Made by a program: the position numbers and the translations under genes
Notes under the pieces: generated by a model
Seen by the model: the letters and a program-made list of their open reading frames with translations, nothing else
Told to the model about the DNA's origin: nothing
Database searches by the model: none
Shown: piece after piece, positions 35,789-37,791 of the stretch
Numbering within the stretch: position 1 is the stretch's first letter
Layout: every line of letters begins with the position of its first letter
Virus record (IMG/VR): IMGVR_UViG_3300030059_002116
Coordinates: 1 to 37,791 of that record
Direction: 5' to 3' (one strand)
Source of the DNA: a virus
Taxonomy: Duplodnaviria; Caudoviricetes
DNA: 37,791 nucleotides

Positions 35789-36409
35789 ATGGCAAATAAT
35801 ATAGATGCCCCTTTCGGACTTCGTCCTTATAACCTCTTGGGTTCTGCACCAAACAACAGTGGATTAACTCCTTACAAGGTACAAGTATCAGCAACGGCTG
35901 GATCATCAAGTCTCATCCATCAAGGTGACATGGTTATCCCGTTGACTAATGGACTTGTAGATGTTAGTGCTGCTGATGGAGGAAGTGTAGCAATTTTAGG
36001 CGTTATGGCGGGATGTGAGTACATCGATCTTACAGGAAAACCTGTATATAACAACTACTATCCTGGAACAGCAGCCATAAAATCTGGTACAGAAGCTTCT
36101 GTATTTATTTATGACAACCCTTTTCAGGTCTACGAAATCCAAGGTGACGCTACTTTAACAAATATAGCTACCGCTCAAGCATTGGTTCATTCCAACGCTG
36201 AAGGTGCTGGTTTTGCCTCTACTACTGGAAACAGTTTTATCTCCACTGGAGAACTTTCTGTTACCTCAGCAGGAGCAACAACTGCTACTGATAATTTCCG
36301 TATCATTGGTCTTAAAGACAGTTTCAATGACATAGATGTTGCATCAGCAGGAGTTCGTTTTTTAGTTAGGTTAACTTTACCTTTTCATCTTGATACAACT
36401 GGTCTATAA
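35789..36409 (+). CDS. Putative minor capsid/decoration protein
   Basis: 'MANNIDAPFGLRP', Ala/Gly/Thr-rich beta protein directly before the MCP. Confidence 0.65.
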   Translation: MANNIDAPFGLRPYNLLGSAPNNSGLTPYKVQVSATAGSSSLIHQGDMVIPLTNGLVDVSAADGGSVAILGVMAGCEYIDLTGKPVYNNYYPGTAAIKSGTEASVFIYDNPFQVYEIQGDATLTNIATAQALVHSNAEGAGFASTTGNSFISTGELSVTSAGATTATDNFRIIGLKDSFNDIDVASAGVRFLVRLTLPFHLDTTGL

Positions 36410-36421
36410 GGAGATATTGAT

Positions 36422-37330
36422 ATGGCTATTGCAAGATCCCAACTCCTTAAAGAATTAGAGCCTGGATTAAACGCTCTATTTGGTTTGGAGTACGATAGGT
36501 ATGATAACGAACATACCGAAATATATGAGACTGAAACTTCAGACAGAGCGTTTGAAGAAGAAGTAATGCTGTCTGGCTTTGGAACAGCACCTGAAAAAGC
36601 AGAGGGTGCTGCCGTTTCTTTTGATTTGGCAAATGAGTCTTTCACTGCAAGGTATACACATGAAACAATCGCATTAGCGTTTGCGATTACTGAGGAAGCT
36701 GTAGAGGATAACCTTTATGACAAACTTAGTTCTCGTTACACTCGTGCGTTAGCTCGTTCTATGTCTAATACTAAGCAAGTAAAAGCCGCTTCTGTTTTAA
36801 ACAATGCGTTCGACAGTAACTTTACGTTTGGTGATGGTAAGGAGCTTTGTGCTACTGATCATCCGACATCGGCAGGTGGTAACTTTAAAAACGAGTTAAC
36901 TAACTCCGCTGACTTAAACGAAACTTCCTTAGAACAGGCATTAATTGATATAGCAGCTTTTATTGACGAAAGAGGACTTAAAATTGCTCTTAAAGGAACG
37001 AAGATGATTATCCCACCAGCACTACAGTTTGTTGCTGAAAGGTTAATGAAGACTACTCTTCGTCCTGGAACAGCAGATAATGACATAAACGCAATGAGCA
37101 ACATGGGAATGTTACCTCAAGGGTATGTTATTAACCACTTCTTAACTGATACAGATGCGTTTTTCATTAAAACTGATGCCCCTAATGGCTTCAAACATTT
37201 TGAAAGAGCTTCTATTGCTACAAGTATGGAAGGTGACTTTGATACAGGCAACGTAAGATATAAGGCTCGTGAGCGTTATAGCTTTGGTGTTTCAGACCCA
37301 AGATGTGTGTTTGGATCTCCGGGAGTTTAA
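36422..37330 (+). CDS. Major capsid protein (HK97 fold)
   Basis: 'MAIARSQLLKELEPGLNALFGLEY...YKARERYSFGVSDPR'; strong RBS; terminator downstream. Confidence 0.9.
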   Translation: MAIARSQLLKELEPGLNALFGLEYDRYDNEHTEIYETETSDRAFEEEVMLSGFGTAPEKAEGAAVSFDLANESFTARYTHETIALAFAITEEAVEDNLYDKLSSRYTRALARSMSNTKQVKAASVLNNAFDSNFTFGDGKELCATDHPTSAGGNFKNELTNSADLNETSLEQALIDIAAFIDERGLKIALKGTKMIIPPALQFVAERLMKTTLRPGTADNDINAMSNMGMLPQGYVINHFLTDTDAFFIKTDAPNGFKHFERASIATSMEGDFDTGNVRYKARERYSFGVSDPRCVFGSPGV

Positions 37331-37350
37331 TTAAAAACTAATACTCTTTA

Positions 37351-37380
37351 AAAGGTGACACTTGCGTGTCACCTTTTTTT
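37351..37380 (+). terminator. Rho-independent terminator after the MCP
   Basis: AAAGGTGACAC-ttgc-GTGTCACCTTT followed by a T-run. Confidence 0.88.
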
Positions 37381-37446
37381 GTGTATACTGAAATAACCTA
37401 ACAGTCATACTATGTGACTGACATTTGCCAAGATAGGAGATTTTAT

Positions 37447-37791
37447 ATGGCTAATACAACTTTTAAGGGTAATGTCCGATCTGAAAACGGAGTTACTGTA
37501 TTTAATACTGCCACTGATACAGGCATAGAAACAAACAAAGCTACAATAGATTCAAGTGGAAACACCTCATTTAGTGGTACTCTTGGTGTTACCGGAGCAG
37601 CTACTTTATCAAGCACTTTAGGAGTAGCTGGTGCTTTAACAAGATTAACACCAGAAAACATTATAGATTGGGATTACATTTCATGTCCAACTCCTATTGT
37701 TGGAACGCTCACAGGAGCAGGTGGTGCTGATGGAGTTATGGCTGACGGTGAATTATTCAGTATGCTTTTTCCTGGAAAAAACGGTCAAGTA
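37447..37791 (+). CDS. Virion structural protein, 3'-truncated
   Basis: AGGAG RBS; MANTTFKGNVRSENG... open to the window end; Thr/Gly-rich. Confidence 0.7.
   Translation, partial: MANTTFKGNVRSENGVTVFNTATDTGIETNKATIDSSGNTSFSGTLGVTGAATLSSTLGVAGALTRLTPENIIDWDYISCPTPIVGTLTGAGGADGVMADGELFSMLFPGKNGQV

Noticed and set aside
685-37661. Numerous short antisense or alternate-frame ORFs in the track (e.g. 685-936, 3462-3767, 15864-16205, 33967-34431, 37443-37661)
   Set aside because: They are shadows of well-supported + strand genes, with no RBS or recognisable motifs.
1-37791. Prophage/integrative element, intron or intein
   Set aside because: No integrase, repressor cassette or host genes are seen. 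Polymerase, helicases and terminase are uninterrupted and of ordinary length.

Overview
This window is a large part of a lytic tailed dsDNA bacteriophage genome (AT-rich, almost all genes on the + strand). It resembles marine alphaproteobacterial podophage-like groups, an inference from gene order and AGAAAGGAG ribosome-binding sites. Left to right it holds: the end of a virion gene and a lysozyme; a replication module (SNF2 helicase, SSB, primase, MazG, UvrD-like helicase, family A DNA polymerase, HD nucleotidase); a thymidine-hypermodification cluster (5-hmdU DNA kinase/aGPT-Pplase1 family, GT-A/TAGT-like glycosyltransferase, radical SAM, dUMP-specific thymidylate-synthase homologue, Nmad1-like); an accessory region of small genes with their own promoters and two pseudoknotted non-coding elements; terS, a resolvase-like nuclease and two related promoter-gene-terminator cassettes; then terL, portal, holin, GroES, scaffold and major capsid protein. 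The most striking signal is a 600-bp transcription unit (26705-27305) with no GA dinucleotide on the coding strand, i.e. no TC on the template. It encodes a 170-aa protein with no Asp or Glu. All calls come from motif recognition by eye; no database searches were run.
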